64,000 bases of DNA from an uncultured Candidatus Rokubacteria bacterium (GCA_963805625.1 CAWDVE010000010.1:1856001-1920000); one strand, 5' to 3'. Shown: positions 18,955 through 29,328, numbered from the stretch's first letter. A program made the numbers and translations. The notes: generated from the sequence alone by a model not told the origin.

Positions 18955-19608
18955 TCAGGCGCTCACGTATCGCAGGACGATGTCGACGATGTCTCGCCGG
19001 CGCGCCGCGAGCGCTTCCGGCGACGCCATGTCATGGCGAAAGATCGTCCCGAACGTGTACCGGTTGGCGATCTGGAACAGCGGCAGCGCGCTGATCGTCA
19101 TGTGAAGGCTCACCGCATCGAGACCCTCGCGGAACACACCGTCGTCGGCCCCGCGCCGCAGAACCTTCTCGGTCGCATCGATGATGGAGATGTTCAGGCC
19201 GCTGATCGAGGCCGAGCGCGCGATGTTCCTACCCTTCTGCACGTTTTCGATGGCCACCAGCTTGGTGAACTCCGGATTCTTCCAGTGGTAGTCGCACGTG
19301 AACTCGACCAGGCGCCGCATGGCGGCGAGCGGCGGCAGATCGTCGAGGCGCAACTGCTGTTCCGCCTCCCGGATCCTTCGATACGCATCCTCCAGCACGG
19401 CCATGAACAGCTGTCGTTTGCTCTTGAAGTAGTAGTAGAGCATTCGCTTGTTGGTACGGGTCCGGGCCGCGATCGCGTCCACTCGAGCGCCATTCAATCC
19501 GCGCTCGGAAAACTCCTTCGTCGCCGCGGCGAGAATCTCGGCCCTCGTGCGCTCGGCGTTCCGCCGCCTGGGCGCCGGAGGCAGGGCGTGCCGACCCTTG
19601 GCTCTCAT
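18955..19608 (-). CDS. TetR family regulator (RutR/NicS-like)
   Basis: TRAEILAAATKEFSERGLNGARVDAIAARTRTNKRMLYYYFKSK. Confidence 0.93.
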   Translation of the reverse strand: MRAKGRHALPPAPRRRNAERTRAEILAAATKEFSERGLNGARVDAIAARTRTNKRMLYYYFKSKRQLFMAVLEDAYRRIREAEQQLRLDDLPPLAAMRRLVEFTCDYHWKNPEFTKLVAIENVQKGRNIARSASISGLNISIIDATEKVLRRGADDGVFREGLDAVSLHMTISALPLFQIANRYTFGTIFRHDMASPEALAARRRDIVDIVLRYVSA

Positions 19609-20079
19609 CTTTGCCGGTTCCCGCGCCGCGCTCCCCGAGTCGTAGCGGCTTCGAACTCCGTTTCTGAGACAACGAAGCGGCCCCGAAAGGCCGAATCCTC
19701 CGAGTGGCTGGGGAGCGCGCCGATTCTGCTCACACGCCCCTCCCCGGTCATCCCGATGGTACCCCAACAGCCGTGAAGCGCTCGACACCCGGCACCGCAC
19801 GCACAGGATGTCCCGACGGGCGGCCTGTGTCCAAGGTCGCGACCTTCGCCTCCAGCGCGGCGCCCTCCGCATCGGGTGTCACGACCTGCGCCCGCAACTC
19901 TGTCGTGAGCTACAGGAGCTGGCCGGTGACCCGCAGCGCCTCCCTCAAGGTGCGAGGCCGACGACCCGTCACATGCCAACACGGACCGCAGGCCCCCCAG
20001 CAGGGCCGCAACGCTTGGTAGTGCTACCCTGCAGCCGGTTCCAGTGGCCGAGACACCTGAACGCTTGCGCGAAGCGACC

Positions 20080-20514
20080 CTATTTCGCCAGCAGCCGAAC
20101 CATGGCGGCCACCGCCGTAGGATATCCATCCGCGCCCAATCCCATGAGGATCGCGGTCGCCACCCCGGACACCAGCGAGTGATGGTAAATCTCTTCGCGC
20201 CGATGGATGTTCGAGATGTGCAACTCGAAGATCGGGCCGGGAAACATCTTCAGCGCGTCGAGGATGGGGATCGACCGGAACGTAAGGCCCGCCGGGTTGA
20301 TGATGATGCCGACACCCCGGTCTATGGCCTCGTGGATCCAGTCGACGATCTCGTGTTCGGCGTTCGATTGCCGGAATTCGATGGCGCGGTCGCCCGCGGC
20401 TTTCCGGCACATCGCTTCGACCTCGGCGAGAGTCGTCGTCCCGTAGATTTCCGGCTCCCGTTTCCCGAGCCGGTTCAGGTTCGGTCCGTTGAGAACGTAG
20501 ATCGGCTTGGTCAT
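20080..20514 (-). CDS. aroQ: Type II 3-dehydroquinate dehydratase
   Basis: LNGPNLNRLGKREPEIYG, QSNAE, IINPAG and ELHISNIHRRE. Confidence 0.95.
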   Translation of the reverse strand: MTKPIYVLNGPNLNRLGKREPEIYGTTTLAEVEAMCRKAAGDRAIEFRQSNAEHEIVDWIHEAIDRGVGIIINPAGLTFRSIPILDALKMFPGPIFELHISNIHRREEIYHHSLVSGVATAILMGLGADGYPTAVAAMVRLLAK

Positions 20515-20538
20515 CGCATTGTCTCTTCTCCGGCGAGC

Positions 20539-21840
20539 TCAGCCCGTGTAGCCCAGGAGCCGGGGCAGATAGAGTACAAGATCCGGGAAGACGGTAATCA
20601 GCGCAAGCACACCTATCATGGCGCCAAGAAACGGAATGACGTCACGCACCAGATCCTTGAGGGGTACCTCTGCGATCTTGACCATGAGGAAGAGCAGCAG
20701 GCCGTACGGCGGCGTGATCAGGCCGAGCATGATGTTGACCACCGCGACCACCCCGAAATGCACCGGGTCGATGCCCAGCGCCTGGGCGGTCGGAAGCAGA
20801 ACCGGGATGATGATGAGGATGATCGTGGTTCCCTCCAGGAAACAGCCAAGGAACACAAGGATGATGTTGACGACCAGCAGAAACATCAGCGGCGCGAACT
20901 GGATACCCTGCAGCATCGCGGCGAGCGTCTTCGGGACGTTCTCCACAGTGACGACATAGTTGAAGACGATGGCGGCGGCGATCAGGATGCCGATCGAAGC
21001 GGTCATGCGCGCGCTGTTGAGCACCGCCACATATAGGTCGCGCCAGCTGATACTGCGATCAAGCGCGGCCGACACGAGCAGCGCATACGCGGCTGCGACC
21101 GCGGCCGCCTCCGTGGGCGTGGTCATCCCGCTGTAGATGCCACCGAGCAGCACCACGGGCATCATGAGCGCAGGCAGCGATCGCCACGTAATGCCGGGCA
21201 GCTCCAGCAGCGGGATGGGCTTCTCGACCGGGAAGTTCCGCCGCTTGGCGATGAACGCGATCAGCCCCATCTGCGCAAAGCCGAGGAGCAGGCCCGGGAC
21301 GACGCCCCCGAGGAAGAGGTAGCCGACGGAAGTGTCGGCCACCAGGGCGTATATCACCATCGGAATCGAGGGCGGGATGATGGGTCCGATGACCGACGAC
21401 GACGCCGTCAAGGCGGCGGCAAAGCTCGCCGTGTACTTTCCGTCCTGCGTCATCATTCGCTGCATCAACTTGCCGGAGCCAGCTGCGTCCGCAAGGGCCG
21501 AGCCCGACATCCCCGCGAAGATGATGCTTTGAACGACGTTGACGTGGGCGAGTCCGCCGCGGAAGCGGCCCACTAACGCGTCGCAGAAGCGCAGCAGCCT
21601 CTCCGTGATACTGCCGGTGTTCATGAACTCGGCGGCGAGGATGAACAGCGGAATGGCAAGCAGCACGTAGCTTCTATACATGCCGTTGAGCAGCTGCTCG
21701 GCGGCGGTTCCCATGTCGAGTCCGGCCAGGTACAGGTAAAGCACCGACCCGCCGATCATCGCGTGTCCGATCGGAAGCCCGAGCAGGCTGAGGGTGACGA
21801 TTGCCATGACGCACAAGGAGAAAGGGCTGGCAGGATTCAC
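20539..21840 (-). CDS. dctM: TRAP transporter large permease (DctM)
   Basis: LAIPLFILA, FAGMSGSALADAA, GPIIPPSIP, TPTEAA and GLITPPYG. Confidence 0.94.
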   Translation of the reverse strand: MNPASPFSLCVMAIVTLSLLGLPIGHAMIGGSVLYLYLAGLDMGTAAEQLLNGMYRSYVLLAIPLFILAAEFMNTGSITERLLRFCDALVGRFRGGLAHVNVVQSIIFAGMSGSALADAAGSGKLMQRMMTQDGKYTASFAAALTASSSVIGPIIPPSIPMVIYALVADTSVGYLFLGGVVPGLLLGFAQMGLIAFIAKRRNFPVEKPIPLLELPGITWRSLPALMMPVVLLGGIYSGMTTPTEAAAVAAAYALLVSAALDRSISWRDLYVAVLNSARMTASIGILIAAAIVFNYVVTVENVPKTLAAMLQGIQFAPLMFLLVVNIILVFLGCFLEGTTIILIIIPVLLPTAQALGIDPVHFGVVAVVNIMLGLITPPYGLLLFLMVKIAEVPLKDLVRDVIPFLGAMIGVLALITVFPDLVLYLPRLLGYTG

Positions 21841-22358
21841 AGGCCGGAGCTCACCCTGTCCGGGTCCGGCGCTGCGTGCTCCTTGCCGCCCAGCAGGTGC
21901 CAGAGAATCCATGCATATCGGGCGATGATGGCGGCAGCGAACAGGATGTAGACGAAATACAGATAGTCGAAGCGGATCTTGAGATAGGCCGTCTTCTCGA
22001 CCTTCATGAAGTTGACGTAGTCGAGCGCGGGTTTGAAGGACACAACATACAGCACCAGGATTGCAATCCCAGTGATGACTCCCATGATGCGGCGCATTCG
22101 GGGGCTGACCGCGCCATAGATGATGTCGAAGCGGATTTCCTCGCTTTCCTTCACGACGAAGGCGGCGCCCCAGAGCACGCCCCAGAGCCAGGTGATGACG
22201 GTCAGCTCGGAGGACCAGCCGATCGGGAAGTTTAGGAGATACCGGAAGACGATCTGCACGAGGAAGGCGACGAACATGACCGCGAGCAGGGCGGCCAGGA
22301 CATTCTCCGCCCGGCGTCTCAGCCAGCCTCCAGCCTGCCCCAGCCATGGATGTATCAC
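21837..22358 (-). CDS. dctQ: TRAP transporter small permease (DctQ)
   Basis: QIVFRYLLN..WSSEL and EIRFDI; four TM segments; overlaps the dctM start. Confidence 0.88.
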   Translation of the reverse strand: MIHPWLGQAGGWLRRRAENVLAALLAVMFVAFLVQIVFRYLLNFPIGWSSELTVITWLWGVLWGAAFVVKESEEIRFDIIYGAVSPRMRRIMGVITGIAILVLYVVSFKPALDYVNFMKVEKTAYLKIRFDYLYFVYILFAAAIIARYAWILWHLLGGKEHAAPDPDRVSSGL

Positions 22359-22429
22359 GAAAGTCGCCCCCCAACCTGCGAGTAGGCGCGCCTGCCGTCG
22401 CACCCATGGCCGGCGGCAGGCGCGCGGAC

Positions 22430-23425
22430 TTACTTCAGCGCGTTGATCTTGTCGAGCATGCCGCTCGGCCAGGCCTTCGCTTGGTCCGAGCTCATGTACA
22501 TCTTCTGGGCGTAGTCGCGGAAGGCGTTGACGTCCGGGGAGTAGATCTCGAGGCCCTGCTTCCTGAAGAAGTCGGCCAGCTCCGCCTCGCGCTTCAGGTG
22601 CTCGTTCGTGCTCCAGGCGATCGCCTTGTCGGCAGCCGCCTGGAAGGCCCGCTGTGTACCGGGCGACATGCTTTGCCAGGTCTTCAGGTTGATCGTGAGC
22701 AGGTCGAAACCGACCAGGTGCGAGGTCAGCACGATCTGCGACATCACCTCGTAGAACTTCATGTTTTGGACGTTCGGCAGGGGGTTGTCCTGCCCGTCGA
22801 TCGCGCCGCTCTGCAGCCCGGTGTAGACCTCGGCATAGGCCATGGGCGTGGGATTTGCGCCCAGAGAGCGGCCGAGGAACTGCCATGCGTCGCCGCCGGG
22901 CATCCGCAGCTTGATGCCGGCCATATCGGCAGGCGTGACGATCTTCTTCTTCGGCTTCAGGCCGACCTGCCGGGTGCCGAAGAAGGTCGGCCCCAGGATC
23001 TTCACCTTGAGCTCATCCTCCACCATCTGTTTCATCTGCGCGCCGAGCTCGCTGGCGAAGAAAGCGTTCAGGTGGTTGGCGTCCCGGAACAGGTAGGCCG
23101 AGGTCAGGATCGACCACGCCGGGAGCTGGTTGGAGATGTCCTGCGGCGCGGGATTTCCCATCTCCAGGTTGTTGCGCTGCAGGGCGACCAGTTCCGTGCC
23201 CTGCTTGAACAGCGAGCCGTTGTAAAAAGGCTCCAGCTTGAAGTCGCCTTCGATGTCTTTCGCGAGCATCTGGATCATGCTGGCGCGGATGTCCTTGTCG
23301 GAGAAGACCGCCGCGAAGCGGAGGGTAGGCTTGGCCTGCGCCCAGGCGGGCAATGCGTACGCGACAGCAAGGGCGGCACCGGCCTTGAGTACCGAACGGC
23401 GGTGGATGCTGGGATTGAACTCCAT
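22430..23425 (-). CDS. dctP: TRAP substrate-binding protein (DctP), Tat-like signal
   Basis: RRSVLK signal; GIKLRMP and EVYTGLQSGAIDGQDNP. Confidence 0.94.
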   Translation of the reverse strand: MEFNPSIHRRSVLKAGAALAVAYALPAWAQAKPTLRFAAVFSDKDIRASMIQMLAKDIEGDFKLEPFYNGSLFKQGTELVALQRNNLEMGNPAPQDISNQLPAWSILTSAYLFRDANHLNAFFASELGAQMKQMVEDELKVKILGPTFFGTRQVGLKPKKKIVTPADMAGIKLRMPGGDAWQFLGRSLGANPTPMAYAEVYTGLQSGAIDGQDNPLPNVQNMKFYEVMSQIVLTSHLVGFDLLTINLKTWQSMSPGTQRAFQAAADKAIAWSTNEHLKREAELADFFRKQGLEIYSPDVNAFRDYAQKMYMSSDQAKAWPSGMLDKINALK

Positions 23426-23509
23426 GCGGTTCTCCTCTCTATGAAGTGCGTGTGGATTGGTCGGGTAGCTGATGGGTGCCGGAACACTGCACGCCCTGGA
23501 CGCCGGCGC

Positions 23510-24586
23510 TCATCGGGGCGGCACCGTCGGCCCGGGGTCTGCCTTTCCAGGCTCCGACATGGAAAAGAGCACCTTCACGCTCCGACGGTCGCGGAATGCA
23601 TCGAAGGCCTCCTTCGCCTGATCCAGGCGAAACCGCTGCGTGATCAACGGTTCCGCGATGATCTTCTTGTATTGCACCCAGCGGATGGCCCGCTGGTACC
23701 AGCGAAGCGTGCCCGCGACATCGCCCATCACCGTGACCCCCTTTCGCATGAGGGTCAGCGGACTGATCGTGGCCTCGGGATACAGTCCGAAGAGCATCAC
23801 GCGACCATAGACGCTGGCCAGATCGATGGCCTGACCGACCGTGGAGGGATGGTTGGCGGCCTCCACGACGATGTCGCATCCCAGCCCACCGGTGAGCTCC
23901 TTCACTCGCCTTACCGCGTCCTCTCGGCTCGCGTTGATCACGTGGTCGGCACCCAGCGTCCTGGCGATCTCCAGCCGCGCCGCGTCCTGATCGAGGCCGA
24001 TGACGATGGAGATGGAGGCGCCCGCCGCCTTGAACGCCTGAAGATGGAACAGGCCGATGGAGCCGGGCCCGATGATGGCCACCGAGTCCCCGACGCGCGG
24101 CTTCACGTGTTCGAGGGTTCGGACGGCGAGCATGATGGGCTCGAGCACCGCCGCCTCGGTCATAGACACGGCATCGGGGAGCTTGCAGGCGGCGAAGGAG
24201 GGCACGACCCGATACTCCGAGAACGTACCATCGCGGGTGATGCCGAGATGCTTCCAGCCCTGGCACATGTTCGGGCTGTCATCCATGCAGTGCGGGCACT
24301 GGCCGCACCCCCAGGAAGGGTTCAGGCCGACTCGGTCGCCCTCCTCGAGGTTGGTCACCCCGTTGCCCAGTCCGGCGACCACGCCTGCGCCTTCGTGGCC
24401 CATGACCACCGGCATCGGCACCGGAACGCGGCCGGTGTACTGGTTCTTCAGGATCATGACGTCGCTGTAGCAGATGCCGGCCGCCCCCATCCGGACGAGG
24501 ACCTCGCCGGGCCCCGGAGTCGGGACCGGCAGGTCTCTCACCTCCGGCGCCTCCGTCCCCTCCAGAGTCTTCACGAGCGCCAGCAT
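23510..24586 (-). CDS. Zn-dependent alcohol/polyol dehydrogenase
   Basis: GICYSD, GHE, structural Zn CGQCPHC..C and GPGSIG. Confidence 0.93.
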   Translation of the reverse strand: MLALVKTLEGTEAPEVRDLPVPTPGPGEVLVRMGAAGICYSDVMILKNQYTGRVPVPMPVVMGHEGAGVVAGLGNGVTNLEEGDRVGLNPSWGCGQCPHCMDDSPNMCQGWKHLGITRDGTFSEYRVVPSFAACKLPDAVSMTEAAVLEPIMLAVRTLEHVKPRVGDSVAIIGPGSIGLFHLQAFKAAGASISIVIGLDQDAARLEIARTLGADHVINASREDAVRRVKELTGGLGCDIVVEAANHPSTVGQAIDLASVYGRVMLFGLYPEATISPLTLMRKGVTVMGDVAGTLRWYQRAIRWVQYKKIIAEPLITQRFRLDQAKEAFDAFRDRRSVKVLFSMSEPGKADPGPTVPPR

Positions 24587-24590
24587 GGCG

Positions 24591-25631
24591 TCAGGCCCCG
24601 GGAGTGAACATGATCTTGACAGCTTCCGCGTCGCGCATCGCCGGGAGCGCGGAGACCGCCTCGGCGAGGGGCAGACGGTGCGTGATGAGGCGCTCGAGCT
24701 GCACCTTGCCGGAGCGAATCAGGCGGATCGCCTCGGCGTAGTGCCGGCGCACGCTCGCGACCACCCCGATCCAGAGGAGGTTCTTGCGCATGACCGCCAG
24801 CGCATCGATCTCGGTGGCCCGGGCCAGCCCGAGGGTCGCCAAGGCACCGGCGCCACTCACGATGTCCAGCGCCGTCTGAACGGCCTCGGGGGTGCCGCCC
24901 GCCTCGACGACGACTCCGACGCCAACGCCGTCCGTCAGCCGTGCAGCGTACTCCTGCGCCTCCTTGCGATCCGCCACCACGGCCGCGTCGGCCCCGACCG
25001 TGCGAGCCAGCGCCAGCCGCTTCTCGTCCCCTCGCTTCCCGAAGACCACGATCGGCGACAAGCCGGCGGCCCGGAGCACCTGGACGTGAAGCAGCCCGAG
25101 CGGGCCCGGCCCGATGACGGCAGCGGGCTGCCCGGGAGTGGGCCGGAGGCGCTCCAGCGTGTGAACCGCGGTGGCGAATGGCTCCAGGAATGCGGCGCTC
25201 TCGAACGACACGTCGTCAGGGAGCGGGAGGAGCGACGACGCGGGCACGGTGACGAACTCGGCGAGGGCCCCGGCGCGCGTCAGACCGATGTGGTGCCAAT
25301 CCTGGCAGAGGTTGTAGTCGCCTCGCATGCAGTGGAAGCAGCGGCCGCACCCGCTCACTCCCTCCATCGCGACCCGCGTCCCCGGCTCGGGACCCGAGGT
25401 GCCCGGGCCCAGCTCCACGAGCACCCCGGCCGCTTCATGCCCGACGATGAGCGGGAACGGCATGGGGCGCTTCCGCCCCCGGTACGCGTCGTCGTAGACG
25501 AGCAGCTCCGTCCCGCACATGCCGGATTGGGCCACCTTGACCAGCGCTTCGCCCAGCTGCGGGACCGGGACGGGCGCCTCGCCGACGATCATGTTCCCCA
25601 CCCCGGGCGCCGTCTTGATGAACGCTTGCAT
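24591..25631 (-). CDS. Zn-dependent alcohol/polyol dehydrogenase
   Basis: GMCGTE, GHE, CGRCFHC..C and GPGPLG. Confidence 0.93.
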   Translation of the reverse strand: MQAFIKTAPGVGNMIVGEAPVPVPQLGEALVKVAQSGMCGTELLVYDDAYRGRKRPMPFPLIVGHEAAGVLVELGPGTSGPEPGTRVAMEGVSGCGRCFHCMRGDYNLCQDWHHIGLTRAGALAEFVTVPASSLLPLPDDVSFESAAFLEPFATAVHTLERLRPTPGQPAAVIGPGPLGLLHVQVLRAAGLSPIVVFGKRGDEKRLALARTVGADAAVVADRKEAQEYAARLTDGVGVGVVVEAGGTPEAVQTALDIVSGAGALATLGLARATEIDALAVMRKNLLWIGVVASVRRHYAEAIRLIRSGKVQLERLITHRLPLAEAVSALPAMRDAEAVKIMFTPGA

Positions 25632-25633
25632 GG

Positions 25634-27409
25634 TCAGTCCCCTACAGTGGCGCGGTCGGGCGTGAGGAACTCGGCGATGTCCCAGTAGCCGGTCCTCGGC
25701 ATGGGCAAGTCTCCACGTGTTCGCACCTCTAGCACACAGGGCGCGTTCAGACTGAGGCACTCTCTCAAGACGTGCGGCAACTCATCGGGATCCTCGACTA
25801 GCCGTGCTTCGATGCCGTGGGCCTTAGCCAGAAGCTGGAAATCGGGATTGTACGGGGTGCCGTCGGGCCTCGTGAACTCGGTGCCATAGGTGCTCTTGAA
25901 GTAGGCCTCTCCCATCGTTCGGATCGTCGAGAAGCAATAGTTGTTGAAGAGCACCCACACGACCGGCGTACCGAGCTCCACCGCCGTCGCCAACGCACCA
26001 CACGCAGACATGAAGCCCCCATCGCCAACCAGCGCGACGACCGGCTGGCGGGGACATGCGAGCTTGGCCCCGATTGCGGCCGCGGGTGCATACCCCATGG
26101 TCGCCATGCCACCGCTCGTGATGAAGGTGAGCGGACGCCGGCTCAGCAGTTGCTGGCCAGCACCGTTCTTGTTCCAGCCGACATCCGTGACGACGATGGC
26201 ATCGTCCGGGAGCGCCTTGTTCAACTCGAAGAGAAGTCTGGCGGGATGGACGGGCTGTCCGGCATCTCGCTGGCTAGGGGCCAGTTCACCCAACCATGCC
26301 TGGCGGGCGGTCTCCAGCTGTGCGAAGCGGCGCGACTGACGCCAGTTGACCCGGGGGGCCCGATCCCGGATGCGGTCGAGAAGCTTCGCCAGACTCGCCT
26401 TCGCGTCTCCGACGATCCCGACGTCGACCGGATACGCCTTGCCGATCTCCGGCGGGTCGGCATCGAGTTGAATGAGGCGTGAAGGCGGGATCGCGAACGT
26501 GTGCTGAGGGTTCCACGAACTGCAGTCGGCTTCCCCGAAACCGGTGCCAATCGCCAGGATGACGTCCGCGGTCCGGGTCGTCTCGTTCGCCAGACGGGTC
26601 CCCCAGATGCCCGACATCCCCACCGACAGGGGGTGATCCTCCGGAAAGGCGCCCTTCCCCATGAGCGACGTCGCCACCGGGATACCGACGTATTCGGCGA
26701 GGTCCTTCAGCTCGTTCCACGCCTCCGACAGATGGACGCCATTGCCGGCAAAGATGGTGGGTCGCTCCGCACGAAGCAGCAGGTCGGCGGCCTCCCCGAC
26801 CGCTTCGTCAGTGCCGGGGGTCCGATGCTGCCCAGGACGCCGGCGGCGCGTAGCCGGAACGCTGCCCTTCACTGGACGTGAGAAGACATCCATGGACACA
26901 TCGATCAACACCGCGCCTGGCCGACCGGTTTGGGCGAGGTTGAGCGCTCGAGGCATCACGTCCGGCAGAAGCTGGGGGTCATCCACTCTCCATACACGCT
27001 TGCAGAACGGCCTGAAGATGTCTCCCTGCGACGCATCGGCATGAAAACGGATGCACTGATGCCCGTCGCGCGCGTGATTGTAGGATGGCGTGTTGCCGGA
27101 AATGACGATCATCGGCGTCAGGTCCGCGGCGGCCGTCACCACCCCGGTCAGGGCATTCGTGAGGCCAGGGGAGAGGTGCACCAGGACGACCGCCAGCTTG
27201 TGGGAGGTGCGGAAATACGCATCGGCTGCGTGTGCGGCCAGTTGCTCGTGTCGGAAGGACACGAAGTCGATTCCCACCTTGGGCAGTGCATCGATCAGGG
27301 CGAGGTTCGTGTGGCCACACTGTCCGAAGACCTTCGAAACGCCCTCCTGGCTGAGGCAGTCCGCGATAAACTCAGCTCCGGTCATCCGTTGGTCCTCCGT
27401 GTTCCGCAT
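25634..27409 (-). CDS. Thiamine-diphosphate enzyme (acetolactate-synthase superfamily, CGHT subtype)
   Basis: FGQCGHTN, RHEQ, SPGLTN and GDGGF..NN ThDP motif; start could be 27385. Confidence 0.9.
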   Translation of the reverse strand: MRNTEDQRMTGAEFIADCLSQEGVSKVFGQCGHTNLALIDALPKVGIDFVSFRHEQLAAHAADAYFRTSHKLAVVLVHLSPGLTNALTGVVTAAADLTPMIVISGNTPSYNHARDGHQCIRFHADASQGDIFRPFCKRVWRVDDPQLLPDVMPRALNLAQTGRPGAVLIDVSMDVFSRPVKGSVPATRRRRPGQHRTPGTDEAVGEAADLLLRAERPTIFAGNGVHLSEAWNELKDLAEYVGIPVATSLMGKGAFPEDHPLSVGMSGIWGTRLANETTRTADVILAIGTGFGEADCSSWNPQHTFAIPPSRLIQLDADPPEIGKAYPVDVGIVGDAKASLAKLLDRIRDRAPRVNWRQSRRFAQLETARQAWLGELAPSQRDAGQPVHPARLLFELNKALPDDAIVVTDVGWNKNGAGQQLLSRRPLTFITSGGMATMGYAPAAAIGAKLACPRQPVVALVGDGGFMSACGALATAVELGTPVVWVLFNNYCFSTIRTMGEAYFKSTYGTEFTRPDGTPYNPDFQLLAKAHGIEARLVEDPDELPHVLRECLSLNAPCVLEVRTRGDLPMPRTGYWDIAEFLTPDRATVGD

Positions 27410-27700
27410 CCACTTATCAGAGCGGCCTCGTCAGCCATAGGAGTCACCTGTCCGGTGTCGCGCCGGCTGGCGTGCCCCGATGAGGCATGGTCAGCGTCGC
27501 GAGGGCTGGCACGGCCGCGACCTCTGGCTCTGGGGGTGGCCGGCACATGAGTCAGGAGGGGGGCAAGACGGGAACTCGCGCCCAGATGCGCCTCCGGGAG
27601 CCTCGTTGCTGCAATGGCCACTGGCGTCTCGCCCCCGCTGAAAGGCCGGCCTCCAGAAGGCGACGGCTCCTCCTGGCCACCGGCTCCCGTGGTTGCTAGT

Positions 27701-27742
27701 TAACCCGTCAGTTAGTTACTTCAGACTCCCACTGGCTGTCAA
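27701..27742 (-). promoter_or_regulatory. Putative promoter (-35 TTGACA) and TAAC-N6-GTTA palindromic operator for the minus-strand catabolic cluster
   Basis: TTGACA on the minus strand at 27742-27737; TAACCCGTCAGTTA at 27701-27714 in an AT-rich patch. Confidence 0.55.
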
Positions 27743-27770
27743 GCCCAGAATTACTCACGAGATAGTCCTC

Positions 27771-28190
27771 ACCACCCGGCGGGGTAAGCCGCTCGGCCTC
27801 CTTGGGCCCCCAGCTCTGCGGTTGGTACTCGAAGACCGGGCTATCGGCCTTCAACGCCACGTCCACGATACGCCAGGCTTCCTCGACCTTGACGCGCAAA
27901 CCGACTGGCATCACCGGCCATGGCGTCGGTCAGCACGCGCTCGTAGGCATCCATATCCTCCAGTCCAAAATGGCGCTTCACCACCATCTCGACGGATTCG
28001 GCCTGGGACTCGGAGTCGGGCGCGATGGCGTCCATGCCGAACGCGACCATGCGCCGGCCGCCGGGCTTACGCAAAGCCTGAAACGTCATCGGGTCCAGGT
28101 AATCACCGTCGACGTAGCGCAGCAGACCTGTCAATGTGGTGAACGCTGCGGGATCGAGTCCCCCATGCTTCTCCAGACTGTCCCTCAGTT
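27771..28190 (-). pseudogene. zwf: Glucose-6-phosphate dehydrogenase relic (internal deletion and frameshift)
   Basis: DSLEKHGGLD..LRYVDGDY (N-part) joined to MDAYERVLTDAMAGD..FARQ, then VEEAWRIVD..WGPKEA in another frame. Confidence 0.85.
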
Positions 28191-29201
28191 CCGCGGCTTT
28201 TCGACGTGCCCGCCAAATTGGTAGCGCATTGCCGAAAGCACCTTGTCCTGATAATCCGACTCCCCGCGCGAACTGAAGCGTTGATAGAGCGCGGTGGAGA
28301 GCACCGGCACCGGCACGGCTTCGTCGATGGCGGCCTTGATCGTCCAGCGCCCTTCGCCAGAATCGGACACGCGCCCGGCGAATTGTTTCAGCTCGGGGTC
28401 TTCGACTAGTGCCGCGGCCGTCAGGTCGAGCAGCCAAGACGCCACGACACTGCCGCGCCGCCACACTTCGGTGATGTCGCGCAGGTTGAAGTCATACTGA
28501 TACTGCTCCGGGTCACGCAGTGGCGTCGTCTCTGCATCCACCTCGTGCTGCTGTTTGCCGATGTTGGCATCGCGCAGAATTCCGAGCCCTTCGGCGTATG
28601 CCGCCATGAGACCGTACTCGATGCCGTTGTGCACCATCTTGACGAAATGGCCGGCGCCATTGGGCCCGCAGTGCAGGTAGCCACGCTCGGCTGTGCCGCC
28701 GACCTTGTCGCGGCCCGGCGTGCGCGGAATATCGCCGATGCCGGGAGCCAGTGTGGCGAAGATCGGATCGAGGTCTTTGACCACGCCATTTTCGCCGCCG
28801 ATCATCATGCAGTAGCCGCGCTCCAATCCCCACACGCCGCCACTCGTGCCCACATCCACGTAGTGGATCCTCTTCGGCGCCAGTTCCTTGGCCCGCCGAA
28901 TGTCATCGCCGTAATGGGAATTGCCGCCATCGATGACAATGTCCTCCGCCTCAAGATGGGGCAGCAGATCGGCGATGGTCTTGTCCACGACCGCCGCCGG
29001 AACCATCAACCAGACCACCCGCGGATTTGCCACTTTCCTCACGAAGTCCGGGAGCGAGGAGGAACCGACGGCTCTCTCCTCGACTAACCCCTGCACTGCT
29101 TTCGGCGACCTGTCGAACACCACGCACTGGTGACCTCCTCTAATTAGCCGCCGAACCATGTTTGCGCCCATTCTGCCGAGACCGATCATTCCAATTTGCA
29201 T
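28185..29201 (-). CDS. gnd: 6-phosphogluconate dehydrogenase (decarboxylating, short type)
   Basis: [45 protein letters not shown] and MRYQFGGH. Confidence 0.96.
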   Translation of the reverse strand: MQIGMIGLGRMGANMVRRLIRGGHQCVVFDRSPKAVQGLVEERAVGSSSLPDFVRKVANPRVVWLMVPAAVVDKTIADLLPHLEAEDIVIDGGNSHYGDDIRRAKELAPKRIHYVDVGTSGGVWGLERGYCMMIGGENGVVKDLDPIFATLAPGIGDIPRTPGRDKVGGTAERGYLHCGPNGAGHFVKMVHNGIEYGLMAAYAEGLGILRDANIGKQQHEVDAETTPLRDPEQYQYDFNLRDITEVWRRGSVVASWLLDLTAAALVEDPELKQFAGRVSDSGEGRWTIKAAIDEAVPVPVLSTALYQRFSSRGESDYQDKVLSAMRYQFGGHVEKPRN

Positions 29202-29328
29202 GGTGGTGTCCTTTCCATTTGCGGTTACGTTGCTGTTTGTTGAATCCCGGCGCGCAACCGATCCCTTCTGGCGGCTACGCTTTCGCTGTCGCCCAACATC
29301 GACCTGTCGGCAACCACACAATTGGCGC

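Noticed and set aside
22346-24607. 753-aa plus-strand ORF and similar long Arg/Pro-rich alternative ORFs throughout the window
   Set aside because: They overlap well-supported genes on the other strand or frame, and their composition is that of GC-rich off-frames.
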